Shown: positions 9,022 to 19,225 of the stretch, in pieces
Layout of the letters: every line of letters starts with the position of its first letter
Position numbering within the stretch: the first letter of the stretch is position 1
DNA from: a bacterium
GTDB taxonomy: Bacteria; Zhuqueibacterota; Zhuqueibacteria; Oceanimicrobiales; Oceanimicrobiaceae
DNA length: 64,000 bases
NCBI GenBank assembly: GCA_046757525.1
Contig: JBHHYI010000002.1
Span: 19,314 to 83,313 of the forward strand
Direction of reading: 5' to 3'
The notes under the pieces: model-generated
Database searches by the model: none
The model's input: only the letters and a program-made list of their open reading frames with translations
What the model was told of the DNA's origin: nothing
Translations under genes and position numbers: made by a program

Positions 9022-10428
9022 ATGCTAGATCTTATGATTCTGAAGAAACAACGTCGGTCTGTTGTCCTGGCTCTGACGGTCTTGCTTCTAACTGGGGCTT
9101 GTGGCAAGCGTGAGCATGAGCAGACGGCTGCTTCCGGTAAGGAGCCAGCAAAAGCCGAGGCATCGGCGCCGCAGATGAGCGCAGACCATGAGCAAGCTGG
9201 CACGATGAAAATGGACATGAAAATGAAAAAAAGCACACCATCACAGGACTCGGCGGACAAGAAAGGGAAAAAGATTCTGTATTGGCGTGCGCCCATGGAC
9301 CCCACCTACATTTCGGACCAACCGGGCAAGTCGCCCATGGGGATGGATCTGATTCCGGTTTACGAAGGCGAAGAAGTCGCTTCCGGCTCCACAATTTCAA
9401 TCGATCCGGTAACCGTGCAAAACATGGGCGTCCGTACTGCACGGGTGAGGCGTCAGCCATTCAGCCGTGTTATCAGAACTGTTGGACATATTGACTATGA
9501 CGAGGAAACATTGTACAACATCAACCTCAAGTTTCATGGCTGGATAGAGAAGCTCTATGTGGACCGCACCGGAGAGCCGGTAAGGAAAGGGCAGGCGCTG
9601 CTCAAGGTTTACTCTCCGGAGCTGGTTTCGACGCAGGAAGAATATCTCCTGGCTTACAAGAACCGGCAGCAATTGGCCAATAGCTCGTTTGCCCAGGTGA
9701 GCAAGGGGGCTGAAAGTCTGCTGGCGTCGACGCGTCAAAGACTGCAGTATTGGGACATTTCCGACGAGCAGATTGCAAAGCTGGAAAAGACCGGGCAGGT
9801 CAACAAAACATTGACCATCTACTCGCCGGCGGACGGAGTCGTGGTGCACAAGAATGCCGTCGAGGGAATGTACGCCATGGAAGGTGTCAACCTGTTTCGC
9901 ATCGCTGACCTCACAAAGATATGGGTCTATGCTCACATCTTCGAGTACGAACTGCCCTGGATTAAGGTTGGGCAACAGGTAACCATGGAATTGCCCTATG
10001 TTCCCGGGCGAAAATTTACAGGAAGGGTGGATTACCTGTATCCTTATCTGAACGCCAAAACCAGAGACGTAAAGATTCGCATCATATTTAACAATCCAAC
10101 GCTGGAGCTGAAGCCACAAATGTATGCCAACATAACGATTGAATCCAGCGCTGGCGACAACGTGTTGGTGGTCCCGGGTGAAGCAGTCATTCGCTCTGGT
10201 GTGCGCAACCTGGTTTTTCTCGATCTGGGAAATGGAAAATTTCGCCCGCAGGAAGTCGTGTTGGGCCCTGAAGGCGACGACGGCCTGGTGGAAATCGTTT
10301 CGGGCTTAGAGGAAGGCCAGGGGATTGTCACCAGCGCACAATTCATGTTGGACTCTGAAAGTCGTTTACGCGAAGCGATTCAAAAGATGCTGGAAGTCAA
10401 AAAAGCTGCTCAACAAAAAATGGAATAA
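9022..10428 (+). CDS. cusB: CusB-type RND periplasmic adaptor with Met-rich N-terminus
   Basis: Lipobox-like LTGAC, MKMDMKMKK, YWRAPMDP..PGKSPMGMDLIPVY metal-binding domain, GWIEKL, YSPELVSTQEEYL. Confidence 0.92.
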   Translation: MLDLMILKKQRRSVVLALTVLLLTGACGKREHEQTAASGKEPAKAEASAPQMSADHEQAGTMKMDMKMKKSTPSQDSADKKGKKILYWRAPMDPTYISDQPGKSPMGMDLIPVYEGEEVASGSTISIDPVTVQNMGVRTARVRRQPFSRVIRTVGHIDYDEETLYNINLKFHGWIEKLYVDRTGEPVRKGQALLKVYSPELVSTQEEYLLAYKNRQQLANSSFAQVSKGAESLLASTRQRLQYWDISDEQIAKLEKTGQVNKTLTIYSPADGVVVHKNAVEGMYAMEGVNLFRIADLTKIWVYAHIFEYELPWIKVGQQVTMELPYVPGRKFTGRVDYLYPYLNAKTRDVKIRIIFNNPTLELKPQMYANITIESSAGDNVLVVPGEAVIRSGVRNLVFLDLGNGKFRPQEVVLGPEGDDGLVEIVSGLEEGQGIVTSAQFMLDSESRLREAIQKMLEVKKAAQQKME

Positions 10429-10494
10429 GGGAAATAATATGCTCTCGGGAAACGCTCCTTGTTCGTCTTTTACGAATAAAACGACCCACTTTGG

Positions 10495-10640
10495 CTGTAG
10501 GGTGCTATTTGGCACGTGGGGCTACAAGGGACGCTGGAGCGTCCTGTGTTCGTCCCCACGCAGAGCATGGGAACGAGGGCTACGGTCACTTGAGAAGCAG
10601 CGACCTACTCGGGATGACTCGCACAGTGCTTCTGAGACAC
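10495..10640. repeat. Composite of REP-like elements between cusB and cusA
   Basis: tgtag..ctaca arms; ggacgctggagcgtcc hairpin with cccacgcagagcatgggaacgag; minus-strand half copy of the 6437/47253 REP doublet at 10581-10640. Confidence 0.75.
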
Positions 10641-10790
10641 CGGGCTTTACTAAACTTCGGAAGGTTAGTAAAGCTGAAAATGAGTTCCTTCCATTCAGAA
10701 CTGCGATAGCCGTGAAATTCAAAAAAGCGTTTAGATTGAAAAATTCATGAACAACGAAGCGCGAATTTACTGAAGAATAGAGGACTGAAA

Positions 10791-13700
10791 ATGTTAGAAA
10801 AGGTGATAGAATGGTCAGTCAACAACCGGTTCATGGTGATATTGGTCACATTGTTTGTCATTCTGATCGGCGTAATAGCCATGCTGCGAACACCGGTTGA
10901 CGCCATCCCGGATTTGTCTGATGTGCAAGTGATCGTTTTTACGGAATTTCCAGGTCAGGCACCGCAGGTAGTGGAAGACCAGGTGACCTATCCGCTGACC
11001 ACGTCCATGCTGGCAGTGCCGCGCGCCAAGGTGGTGAGGGGATACTCTTTTTTCGGATTTTCCATGGTTTACATCATTTTTGAGGACAACACCGATCTCT
11101 ACTGGGCGCGCAGCCGGGTGTTGGAATATCTCAATTACGTTTCAAAGAGACTGCCGCCAGGGGTCACCCCCACGCTCGGACCGGACGCCACCGGCGTGGG
11201 CTGGGTGTATGAATACGCCTTAAAGAGCGATCGCCATGATTTGGCGCAACTGCGCTCCATTCAGGACTGGCTGCTGCGCTACGAATTGACCACGGTGCCG
11301 GGTGTGGCTGAAGTGGCCAGCATCGGAGGCTATGTCAAGCAGTACCAGGTCGAGGTCGATCCCAACAAATTGCTGATATATGACATTCCCCTGCAAAAAA
11401 TAAAAATGGCCATCAAGAATGCCAACAACGACGTGGGCGGCCGCCTGGTGGAAATGGCGGAAACCGAATTCATGGTCAGAGGGCTGGGGTACATTAAGTC
11501 GGTAAGTGACCTGGAAAAGGTTACGCTGGGAGTGGACAATCGCGGGGTGCCCATTACGCTGAAACAAGTCGCCCATGTACAGCTCGGGCCTGAATTGCGT
11601 CGTGGACTTTCGGAACTGAATGGCGAAGGCGAAGTGGTGGGCGGCATCATCGTCATGCGTTACGGAGAAAATGCCTTGAAGACCATCGACGGCGTGAAGG
11701 CCAAGCTCGAACAACTTAAGAAGAGCTTGCCCAAAGGGGTAGAAATCGTACCGGTGTACGACCGCTCCGGTTTGATCGAACGCGCTATTGAGAATCTGCG
11801 AGGCAAACTTGTCGAAGAAAGTATTGTGGTGGCGCTGGTGTGTATAATTTTTCTGCTGCACTTTCGCAGCGCCTTCGTGGCGATTTTCACGCTACCGGTC
11901 GGCATTCTGATCGCCTTCATGATCATGCACCGGCAGGGCATTAACGCCAACATCATGTCGCTGGGGGGCATCGCCATCGCCATCGGCGCCATGGTGGACG
12001 CTGCCATCGTCATGATCGAGAATGCGCATAAACATATCGAGCACGATACCGGCAAGAATCACTGGCAGATCATCATCGACGCTTCCAAGGAAGTGGGCCC
12101 GGCTCTCTTCTATTCCCTGCTCATCATCACCATCTCGTTTGTGCCGGTTTTTACCTTACAGGCGCAAGAGGGCAGATTGTTCAAACCTCTTGCATTTACC
12201 AAAACCTATGCCATGGCGGCCTCTGCCTTGCTGGCCATCACCATCGTGCCGGTGCTCATGGGCTACTTTATCCGTGGTAAGATCATGCCGGAGGACAAAA
12301 ACCCGGTCAACCGCTTCTTGATCTGGATCTACCTGCCGGTGATCAACCTGGTGCTTCGCTTCAAGAAGACCGCGCTGCTGGTAGCGACAGCGATTCTGCT
12401 GCTCAGCCTGTGGCCGCTGTCGAAGCTTGGTTCGGAATTCATGCCGCCCCTATACGAAGGCGATCTGCTTTACATGCCGACCACCGATCCTGGCATAAGC
12501 ATTACCAAAGCCAAGCAGCTCTTACAGCAGACCGACAAGATCATCAAGAACCAGTTTCCCAATGAAGTACACCACGTTTTCGGCAAGGTTGGTCGTGCGG
12601 AAACGGCCACCGACCCGGCACCGCTTTCCATGATGGAAACCACCATCATGCTGAAGCCAGAAGATGAGTGGAGTCCCGGGATGACACCGAAGAAGCTGGT
12701 CGATTCTTTGAACGCGGCCATTCATTTTCCCGGCCTCACCAATGCCTGGACCATGCCAATCAAAACGCGAATCGATATGCTGGCCACAGGCATTAAGACG
12801 CCGGTGGGCATTAAGCTCATGGGGGACGATCTCTCGGTGCTGGCTGATCTGGCGCAACAGATCGCCACGGTGCTCACCAACGTACCGGGTACGCTCAGTG
12901 TGTTTCCCGAAAAGGCGGTCGGCGGCAATTATCTGGATTTTAAAATCAAACGCGATGAAACCATGCGGTATGGCCTTAATGTGGGGGATGTTCAAGATGT
13001 CATCAAGAGTGCCATCGGCGGCATGAACGTCACACAAACGGTCGAAGGGCTTGAACGCTACCCGGTCAACGTTCGTTACAGCCGCGAGCTTCGGGACAAC
13101 ATCGGGGCCTTGCAGCGCGTGCTCATCTCCACGCCCACGGGCGCTCAGATTCCCATCACCCAGGTGGCCGACATTCAAATCAAGAAGGGGCCGCCGGTCA
13201 TCAAGAGCGAAAACTCGCGGCGCTCTGCGTGGATCTATGTCGATTTAAGCAACATCGATGTTGGCACCTATGTGGCCAGAGCGAAAAAAGTGGTCGAAGA
13301 ACGGATCAATCTGCCCACCGGTTATACCATGTTGTGGAGCGGGCAATACGAATACATGCAGCGCGCCAAAGAACGAATGAAATTAGTGGTTCCTGTCACA
13401 TTGGTGATTATCTTTGTACTCCTGTTCCTCAATTTCAAGAATGTGGTTGAAAGCGTCGTCGTCATGTTTTCACTTCCGTTTGCACTGATAGGCGGCATCT
13501 GGCTCATGTATCTGCTGAATTATGACTTTAGCGTGGCCGTCGGGGTCGGTTTCATTGCGCTCGCAGGGGTAACTGCTGAAATTGGGGTCATCATGCTGAC
13601 CTACCTGGATCGAGCCTATGAGCAGCGAATCAGCAGCGGGAAAATGCAGCACAAATCGGACTTGATCCAATCGATTCTCGAAGGGACCAGCATGCGCTTA

Positions 13701-13916
13701 CGACCCATTTTCATGACCGTGACCGCCATTATCGCAGGACTTCTGCCCATCATGTGGGGGCATGGCACCGGTTCGGATGTCATGAAGCGGATCGCAGCGC
13801 CCATGGTTGGCGGAATGATGTCCTCGACCGTCTTAACCCTGCTCGTGATTCCGGCCATTTACTTCATCTGGAAAAGCTGGGAGAATCGCAAACGGTGGGT
13901 GGCGGAACAGAAGTAA
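10791..13916 (+). CDS. cusA: CusA-family heavy-metal (Cu(I)/Ag(I)) RND permease
   Basis: DAIPDLSDVQVI, GPDATGVGWVYEY; Met-triad motifs DLLYMPT, DPAPLSMMET, RIDML; KRIAAPMVGG. Confidence 0.96.
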   Translation: MLEKVIEWSVNNRFMVILVTLFVILIGVIAMLRTPVDAIPDLSDVQVIVFTEFPGQAPQVVEDQVTYPLTTSMLAVPRAKVVRGYSFFGFSMVYIIFEDNTDLYWARSRVLEYLNYVSKRLPPGVTPTLGPDATGVGWVYEYALKSDRHDLAQLRSIQDWLLRYELTTVPGVAEVASIGGYVKQYQVEVDPNKLLIYDIPLQKIKMAIKNANNDVGGRLVEMAETEFMVRGLGYIKSVSDLEKVTLGVDNRGVPITLKQVAHVQLGPELRRGLSELNGEGEVVGGIIVMRYGENALKTIDGVKAKLEQLKKSLPKGVEIVPVYDRSGLIERAIENLRGKLVEESIVVALVCIIFLLHFRSAFVAIFTLPVGILIAFMIMHRQGINANIMSLGGIAIAIGAMVDAAIVMIENAHKHIEHDTGKNHWQIIIDASKEVGPALFYSLLIITISFVPVFTLQAQEGRLFKPLAFTKTYAMAASALLAITIVPVLMGYFIRGKIMPEDKNPVNRFLIWIYLPVINLVLRFKKTALLVATAILLLSLWPLSKLGSEFMPPLYEGDLLYMPTTDPGISITKAKQLLQQTDKIIKNQFPNEVHHVFGKVGRAETATDPAPLSMMETTIMLKPEDEWSPGMTPKKLVDSLNAAIHFPGLTNAWTMPIKTRIDMLATGIKTPVGIKLMGDDLSVLADLAQQIATVLTNVPGTLSVFPEKAVGGNYLDFKIKRDETMRYGLNVGDVQDVIKSAIGGMNVTQTVEGLERYPVNVRYSRELRDNIGALQRVLISTPTGAQIPITQVADIQIKKGPPVIKSENSRRSAWIYVDLSNIDVGTYVARAKKVVEERINLPTGYTMLWSGQYEYMQRAKERMKLVVPVTLVIIFVLLFLNFKNVVESVVVMFSLPFALIGGIWLMYLLNYDFSVAVGVGFIALAGVTAEIGVIMLTYLDRAYEQRISSGKMQHKSDLIQSILEGTSMRLRPIFMTVTAIIAGLLPIMWGHGTGSDVMKRIAAPMVGGMMSSTVLTLLVIPAIYFIWKSWENRKRWVAEQK

Positions 13917-13979
13917 TGCAGATTTGAATGTCTGCTCATCAGAAAGTGAAGTGTTTCAAATGTTGGAAAGGAATTTGTC

Positions 13980-15980
13980 ATGAATGCAGTAGCCAGTGGC
14001 TTGTTGCTGTTCGCGTTCGTCCTCGCTGGATACGGAACCTGGGCGGCTTTTTATGGGGGGCGTTGGCAGCAGGAGCGCATGATTCTCAGTGCACGACGCA
14101 GCGCTGTGGCCTTGTTTGCTATCACGACCCTCATTATTCTGGCGTTAGCTTACGCTTTTGTCACGCGCGATTTCTCATTGGAGTACGTTGCTCACTACTC
14201 CAGTCGAACTTTGCCCATGTTCTATACCGTTGCTGCGGTTTGGGCAGGCCAGGCCGGGTCGCTTCTCTTGTGGGCCTGGCTGTTGACGGTGTTTGCGGCG
14301 CTCGTCGTCTGGCAAAACCGACATAAAAATCGTGAGCTGTTGCCGTATGTACTCGCCGTTATGTTCTTTACCGCGTTCTTTTTCTTTGGTCTCATGGTCT
14401 ATGCCACCAGTCCATTCAAACCGTTGCCACAGCCAGTTGCTGACGGCAACGGGCTGAATCCCATGCTGCAAAATGTCGGCATGGTTATGCATCCGCCGAC
14501 GCTCTACCTGGGGTACGTTGGCTTCATCGTCCCCTTTGCCTTTGCCATCGCTGCCCTGATCACGAAACGGCTGGATGCGCAGTGGATTCGCTCTACGCGG
14601 CGTTGGGCCTTGTTCGCCTGGTTGTTCTTGACACTTGGCAATCTTTTTGGCGCCAAGTGGGCGTATGTCGAATTGGGCTGGGGAGGCTACTGGGCCTGGG
14701 ATCCGGTTGAAAACGCATCGTTCATGCCATGGCTCACTGGCACAGCCTTCTTGCACTCGGTCATGATTCAGGAAAAGCGCGGCATGCTCAAAGTGTGGAA
14801 CCTGACCCTGATCATTATTACCTTTGCGCTTACGATTTTTGGTACATTTATCACTCGTAGCGGCATTATTTCTTCCGTGCACTCTTTCGGACTCTCCAAT
14901 CTCGGTCCTATCTTCATGATTTTTCTTGCAGTAGTGCTTGTGGGTGCATTTGGTTTGCTGTGGGTACGGCGACCCTATTTAAAGAGCACGAACAAATTGG
15001 ATGCGCTTTGGTCACGAGAGTCGAGCTTCTTGTTTAACAATCTCTTTCTCGTCGGCATGACTTTCGCCATCTTCTGGGGTACGATTTTCCCCATCATTTC
15101 GGAAGCCGTACGAGGCGTCAAAATTACCGTTGGGCCGCCATTTTTTAATCAGGTTAACGTGCCTATTGGCCTTGCGTTGCTGGCTTTGACGGGCATCTGC
15201 CCGCTCATTGCCTGGCGCAAGGCTTCGCAACGGAATTTGCGGCGCAGCTTCACCATCCCAATGTCAGCGTCGATTGTGAGTGCGGCGGGATTCTACCTTC
15301 TGGGGGTGCACTCACTCTATCCCCTGATGTCTTTTGTGCTCTCTGTGTTTGTGATGACCACGATTATCATGGAGTTTTCGCGGGGCACAGCGGCAAGAGC
15401 GCGCATTTCAGGTGAGAATCTGTTACGTGCCTTGTACGATTTGGTCATGCGCAACAAACGACGTTATGGGGGTTATGTCATTCATATTGGCATCGTCATG
15501 ATTTTTGTCGGCATCACCGGTTCCAGCGCTTTTCAAAAAGAGCAAGCTGCCAGCCTCAAACCTGGAGACGCCATTGAAGTCGCTGGTTACAGACTCAACT
15601 ACCAGGGGTTGGAGGATCGTTCCACGCCGCATGCGCAGATTGTAGCTGCCGAAATGCAGGTCGAATCAAATGGCAAACCTCTCACAACTCTATATCCCGA
15701 ACGCCGGAAATACCGCAAGCAGGATGTGGTCAGCGAAGTAGCCATACGCCAGACACCGAAGGAAGATCTCTACGTCATTCTTGCTGATTTCGACGCTGAA
15801 CAAAACGCCCACATTAAAGTAATGGTGATCCCTCTGGTGGGATGGATCTGGATTGGCGGCGTTGTCATGATTATTGGAACACTTATCGCTTTGGGACCGG
15901 ACCGCCTGAAGAAGAAAAGCGCTGAGCTGCCGACGCGAAAATCTCCTTCACATAAAAAGGAGGTAGATTATGCGGTATAA
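13980..15980 (+). CDS. ccmF: Cytochrome c heme lyase CcmF/NrfE
   Basis: GLNPMLQN, HPPTLYLGY, WWD motif WAYVELGWGGYWAWDPVENASFMPW, TFITRSG..SVHSF. Confidence 0.96.
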   Translation: MNAVASGLLLFAFVLAGYGTWAAFYGGRWQQERMILSARRSAVALFAITTLIILALAYAFVTRDFSLEYVAHYSSRTLPMFYTVAAVWAGQAGSLLLWAWLLTVFAALVVWQNRHKNRELLPYVLAVMFFTAFFFFGLMVYATSPFKPLPQPVADGNGLNPMLQNVGMVMHPPTLYLGYVGFIVPFAFAIAALITKRLDAQWIRSTRRWALFAWLFLTLGNLFGAKWAYVELGWGGYWAWDPVENASFMPWLTGTAFLHSVMIQEKRGMLKVWNLTLIIITFALTIFGTFITRSGIISSVHSFGLSNLGPIFMIFLAVVLVGAFGLLWVRRPYLKSTNKLDALWSRESSFLFNNLFLVGMTFAIFWGTIFPIISEAVRGVKITVGPPFFNQVNVPIGLALLALTGICPLIAWRKASQRNLRRSFTIPMSASIVSAAGFYLLGVHSLYPLMSFVLSVFVMTTIIMEFSRGTAARARISGENLLRALYDLVMRNKRRYGGYVIHIGIVMIFVGITGSSAFQKEQAASLKPGDAIEVAGYRLNYQGLEDRSTPHAQIVAAEMQVESNGKPLTTLYPERRKYRKQDVVSEVAIRQTPKEDLYVILADFDAEQNAHIKVMVIPLVGWIWIGGVVMIIGTLIALGPDRLKKKSAELPTRKSPSHKKEVDYAV

Positions 15981-16461
15981 GAATTTAACGATTTTGATCT
16001 TGTCGGTTTTCCTGGGGTGCTTGAGTGCAGTTTACGCCCTGCCTCAACAGGTAACCCTCAGCGAGATAAAAAAAAGTCTGGTCTGTCAGTGCGATTGCAA
16101 CATGACGGTCGAAGCCTGTCAGGGAGCAATGTCCTGTGACACCTCTGAAAAACTCACCGCCGAAGCTGCGGGTTACGTCGAACAGGGTATGAATAAAGAG
16201 GCTATCCTGGCTGCCTTTGTCCAGAAATACGGTGAGCACATTTTAGCGGCACCGCCGAAGAAGGGATTCAACCTGACGGCATGGATTCTGCCTTTTGCAG
16301 CGATTCTCTTCACGGGTTTCGGCATTGTGGTACTTTTGAAACGCTGGGCCAGACAGCCACAAACCGCTCAGGCGAAACCGAACATTACAGAGAAGACAGA
16401 GAACAATCACGGCTCTCGCTACGAAGAAAAGTTGGACGAAGCCCTGCGTTCTCTCGATTAA
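15970..16461 (+). CDS. ccmH: CcmH/CcmL-like cytochrome c biogenesis protein, five-Cys variant
   Basis: LVCQCDC..C..C, FVQKYGEHILAAPPKKGFNLTAWILP; overlaps the ccmF stop. Confidence 0.85.
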   Translation: MRYKNLTILILSVFLGCLSAVYALPQQVTLSEIKKSLVCQCDCNMTVEACQGAMSCDTSEKLTAEAAGYVEQGMNKEAILAAFVQKYGEHILAAPPKKGFNLTAWILPFAAILFTGFGIVVLLKRWARQPQTAQAKPNITEKTENNHGSRYEEKLDEALRSLD

Positions 16462-16476
16462 GGAAAGGACGGTACC

Positions 16477-16896
16477 ATGAATGAAATCATCCTACTTATG
16501 ATTGTACTGGCTGCAATCGCCTATCTCGCAGAGCCGTACTGGCGCAAAAAGGTGATAGCTCCAAACCGTTCAAACGTTCAGTTGGCCGACCTGATCGAGA
16601 GGCGGAATAGTCTGCTTGCCCAGATCAAAGAAATTGAGTTTGACCATGAAGTTGGTAAGGTGTCCGCCGAGGATTTTTCTGAGATCAACGCTCGCTACCG
16701 TAGCGAGGCCATTGGAGTTCTTCGCCGGATCGACGCGCTGCAAGGAAACAAGCGCTCCCGCCAAAAACTTGAAGCGGAATTGCAAAGCATGCGCTCGCGG
16801 CGCAAGAAAGGTACGATGTTCTGCAGCCAGTGCGGTACCGCCTTCGGACCTAAAGATCGTTTCTGCTCAAACTGCGGGAATCGAATAAGAAAGTGA
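16477..16896 (+). CDS. Membrane-anchored zinc-ribbon protein with CcmI-like N-terminus
   Basis: N-terminal TM helix, IKEIEFDHEVGKVSAEDF, C-terminal CSQCG..FCSNCG. Confidence 0.8.
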   Translation: MNEIILLMIVLAAIAYLAEPYWRKKVIAPNRSNVQLADLIERRNSLLAQIKEIEFDHEVGKVSAEDFSEINARYRSEAIGVLRRIDALQGNKRSRQKLEAELQSMRSRRKKGTMFCSQCGTAFGPKDRFCSNCGNRIRK

Positions 16897-18137
16897 GGAA
16901 TTCCATGCATAGAATGCTGTTAACCATTTCCATGAGTCTTATCCTGACTCCGGGAATTGGTTTGTCTCAAAGTCACAAAGCGCACGGGACGTTGTTCGGT
17001 TTTATTTACAATGGCAGCAAAGCCACCGATGCTGCACCAAAAGTCGGACTTGCCAACCAGGAGGTCGTCATATACAAATACCTCGATGGCCAAACGGAGG
17101 AAGGTACTCGCGCGCACACCACAACCGACTCCAGAGGGCGTTTTGCCTTTAAGAATTTGGAGGTAGGCAAACGATTCGCTTACTACCCGGCAACCGTTGT
17201 AGGAGGCATCGAATACTACGGCGATGTTGTTACCCTCACACCAGATACCCTGAACAGACGCAGTGACATCACCACATTTGAACCCTCCGCTTCCGATTCA
17301 AGCATTTCGGTCGTGACGCAGCATATTATCGTTACCCCTGGTGCGGGTGTTCTGCAGGTGAAGGAAATCGCGGTGTTCAGCAATCGCGGGCGGCACACCT
17401 ATGTGGGCAGTGTGCCAGCGGGCCAGCCTGGCAAGAACATCGTTCTGAGAATGGATCTCCCTGACAATGCAAAGGACGTACAGTTCGGCGGTGACTTGAT
17501 GGCGTGCTGTGCCATGGTGTCCGGAAATCATATTTTCGACACTATGGAATTTAAACCGGGGGTGCGCCAGGAGGTGGTGAGTTATCTTTTGCCGTACAAG
17601 GGGCAATCCACGAGCGTGGTCAAGAAAGTTGCCTATCCTACAGCGGCAATCGATGTTTTCCTACCGGAGAATCTCGGGGCACTGCAAGCGCAGGGCTTTG
17701 TTTCGCAGGGTTCGTTTCAAATCAGAGGTGAGAACTATACGCGATACACGGCCGCGGGTTTTGCCAGGGGAAGGGTGCTGACCCTCACCTTCGGAGGCCT
17801 CCCTGCTGCGCCTGCAGACTGGCGATGGCTCCCACCGGTCGTGCTTGGTCTTCTTCTGGTTGTTGGTTTTACAACCTACCATCTACGAAGAAGAGCACAA
17901 TCAACTGCTCAGCAGATTACCGACGAAACTGCCGCTTCAGAGGTCGATCCGGAAAGACAACGATTGCTAGCGGAAATCTTGCAACTGGATGAAGCTTATG
18001 AGGCTGGTGAGATTGACGAAAACACCTACGCGGTTGCAAGAGAAAAGCGCATTGCGATGGTCAATGCCAGAGACGAACCGCAAAATGTAGAGCCAGTTGA
18101 ACAACAGCCTGGAGGAGCGCATGCCAAAAGTAAATAA
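16893..18137 (+). CDS. Hypothetical membrane-anchored periplasmic protein (beta-sandwich N-terminus, MACCAM motif, C-terminal TM plus LDEAYEAGEI)
   Basis: 414-aa ORF overlapping its neighbours; signal peptide; TTDSRGRFAF motif. Confidence 0.75.
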   Translation: MRNSMHRMLLTISMSLILTPGIGLSQSHKAHGTLFGFIYNGSKATDAAPKVGLANQEVVIYKYLDGQTEEGTRAHTTTDSRGRFAFKNLEVGKRFAYYPATVVGGIEYYGDVVTLTPDTLNRRSDITTFEPSASDSSISVVTQHIIVTPGAGVLQVKEIAVFSNRGRHTYVGSVPAGQPGKNIVLRMDLPDNAKDVQFGGDLMACCAMVSGNHIFDTMEFKPGVRQEVVSYLLPYKGQSTSVVKKVAYPTAAIDVFLPENLGALQAQGFVSQGSFQIRGENYTRYTAAGFARGRVLTLTFGGLPAAPADWRWLPPVVLGLLLVVGFTTYHLRRRAQSTAQQITDETAASEVDPERQRLLAEILQLDEAYEAGEIDENTYAVAREKRIAMVNARDEPQNVEPVEQQPGGAHAKSK

Positions 18138-18495
18138 GCCAATAGCCGCGGCAGTGGTTACGGTTCTCGCAATTTGTATCGCCATAGCCCTGGCGTTTTA
18201 TTCGAGTTTAAAGTTAGATTCGAAATCGGAAAGTGGTAAGCCCGCTGATCCGCAGAAAGCGGTCATGGCCGAGACACAAGCGATGAATAAAGCCCGCCTG
18301 GATGGCCTGGCCAACCAGGGTAAAGTAATAAAAGGCATGAGATCAGAACAAGTTCGTGTGGCACTTGGTGAACCTGTACGGATTGAAGAAGTGACACAAA
18401 AAGGTGAGGTCGTGACGGTTTGGTGGTATAAACGCCAGGGTTGGCTACGTGTTGTTTTTGAGCAAGGGAAGGTGGCAGAAGTTGAAAGGCCTTAG
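18121..18495 (+). CDS. Hypothetical membrane protein with SmpA/BamE-like C-terminus
   Basis: RBS GGAGGA before ATG 18121; GMRSEQVRVALGEP...WWY. Confidence 0.65.
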   Translation: MPKVNKPIAAAVVTVLAICIAIALAFYSSLKLDSKSESGKPADPQKAVMAETQAMNKARLDGLANQGKVIKGMRSEQVRVALGEPVRIEEVTQKGEVVTVWWYKRQGWLRVVFEQGKVAEVERP

Positions 18496-18723
18496 TCCTC
18501 TTTCGATTGCTCTGAACTCAAATGTGTTTGCGTATGTCAAAGAAGAAAACTAATACCGATCTTAATCAATTCAATAACTGAATGAGCTATAAGCACAACA
18601 CGGCGAATTACGACCCTGCCACCAATGCGGTAGCAGAAGAATTCTTTTGCGGTTGTCCTGATTGCACTGAGGATTGGGTCCTGATGAACAAAGCTATTTT
18701 ACCAGCAGATTAAGGAATAAATC

Positions 18724-19080
18724 ATGGATAAGTTAACCAAGAGTATTCTCTTAGCAGGCGTGGTTTTTTCGTTACAACTAATGGACTGCTACAAAGGGTC
18801 GCTTGTACTTGGCCAAAATGTTGTGCAGCGGACCGAAGTTGTCCGCACACAAGTAAGCACAGATAGCGCGCAAATTATGCAAGTCACTCTAAAAAGCTTG
18901 AGCGCATCTGCTGACAAATCGGCCCTGGAATCCATCCAGAACATTCTACAAAACATTGAAGGAGTAATCTATAGATTTGCCCAATTTAACAAGGTAATTA
19001 AAGAATCGAATGTGAATGCTCTACCTGTAAACATGAGCATTAGCATGGTGCCCTTTGGGAACGCCTATCAGCTACAATAA
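18724..19080 (+). CDS. Hypothetical protein, possibly a degenerate HMA-like protein
   Basis: RBS TAAGGA; signal-like N-terminus; IQNILQNIEGV resembles the HMA helix-turn but there is no CxxC. Confidence 0.4.
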   Translation: MDKLTKSILLAGVVFSLQLMDCYKGSLVLGQNVVQRTEVVRTQVSTDSAQIMQVTLKSLSASADKSALESIQNILQNIEGVIYRFAQFNKVIKESNVNALPVNMSISMVPFGNAYQLQ

Positions 19081-19225
19081 CAAAATCAGTTGGTTGGAAG
19101 AAATTCCAATTGATAAATAGGGCATACGATTGCTTGGGTTCCAACCTGAAGACTCTCGTTTGCAGAATCTTTTTCAAGCTTGAAGAGTACAATAGAATGA
19201 AATTGTCTAATATTCTACATTTTGA

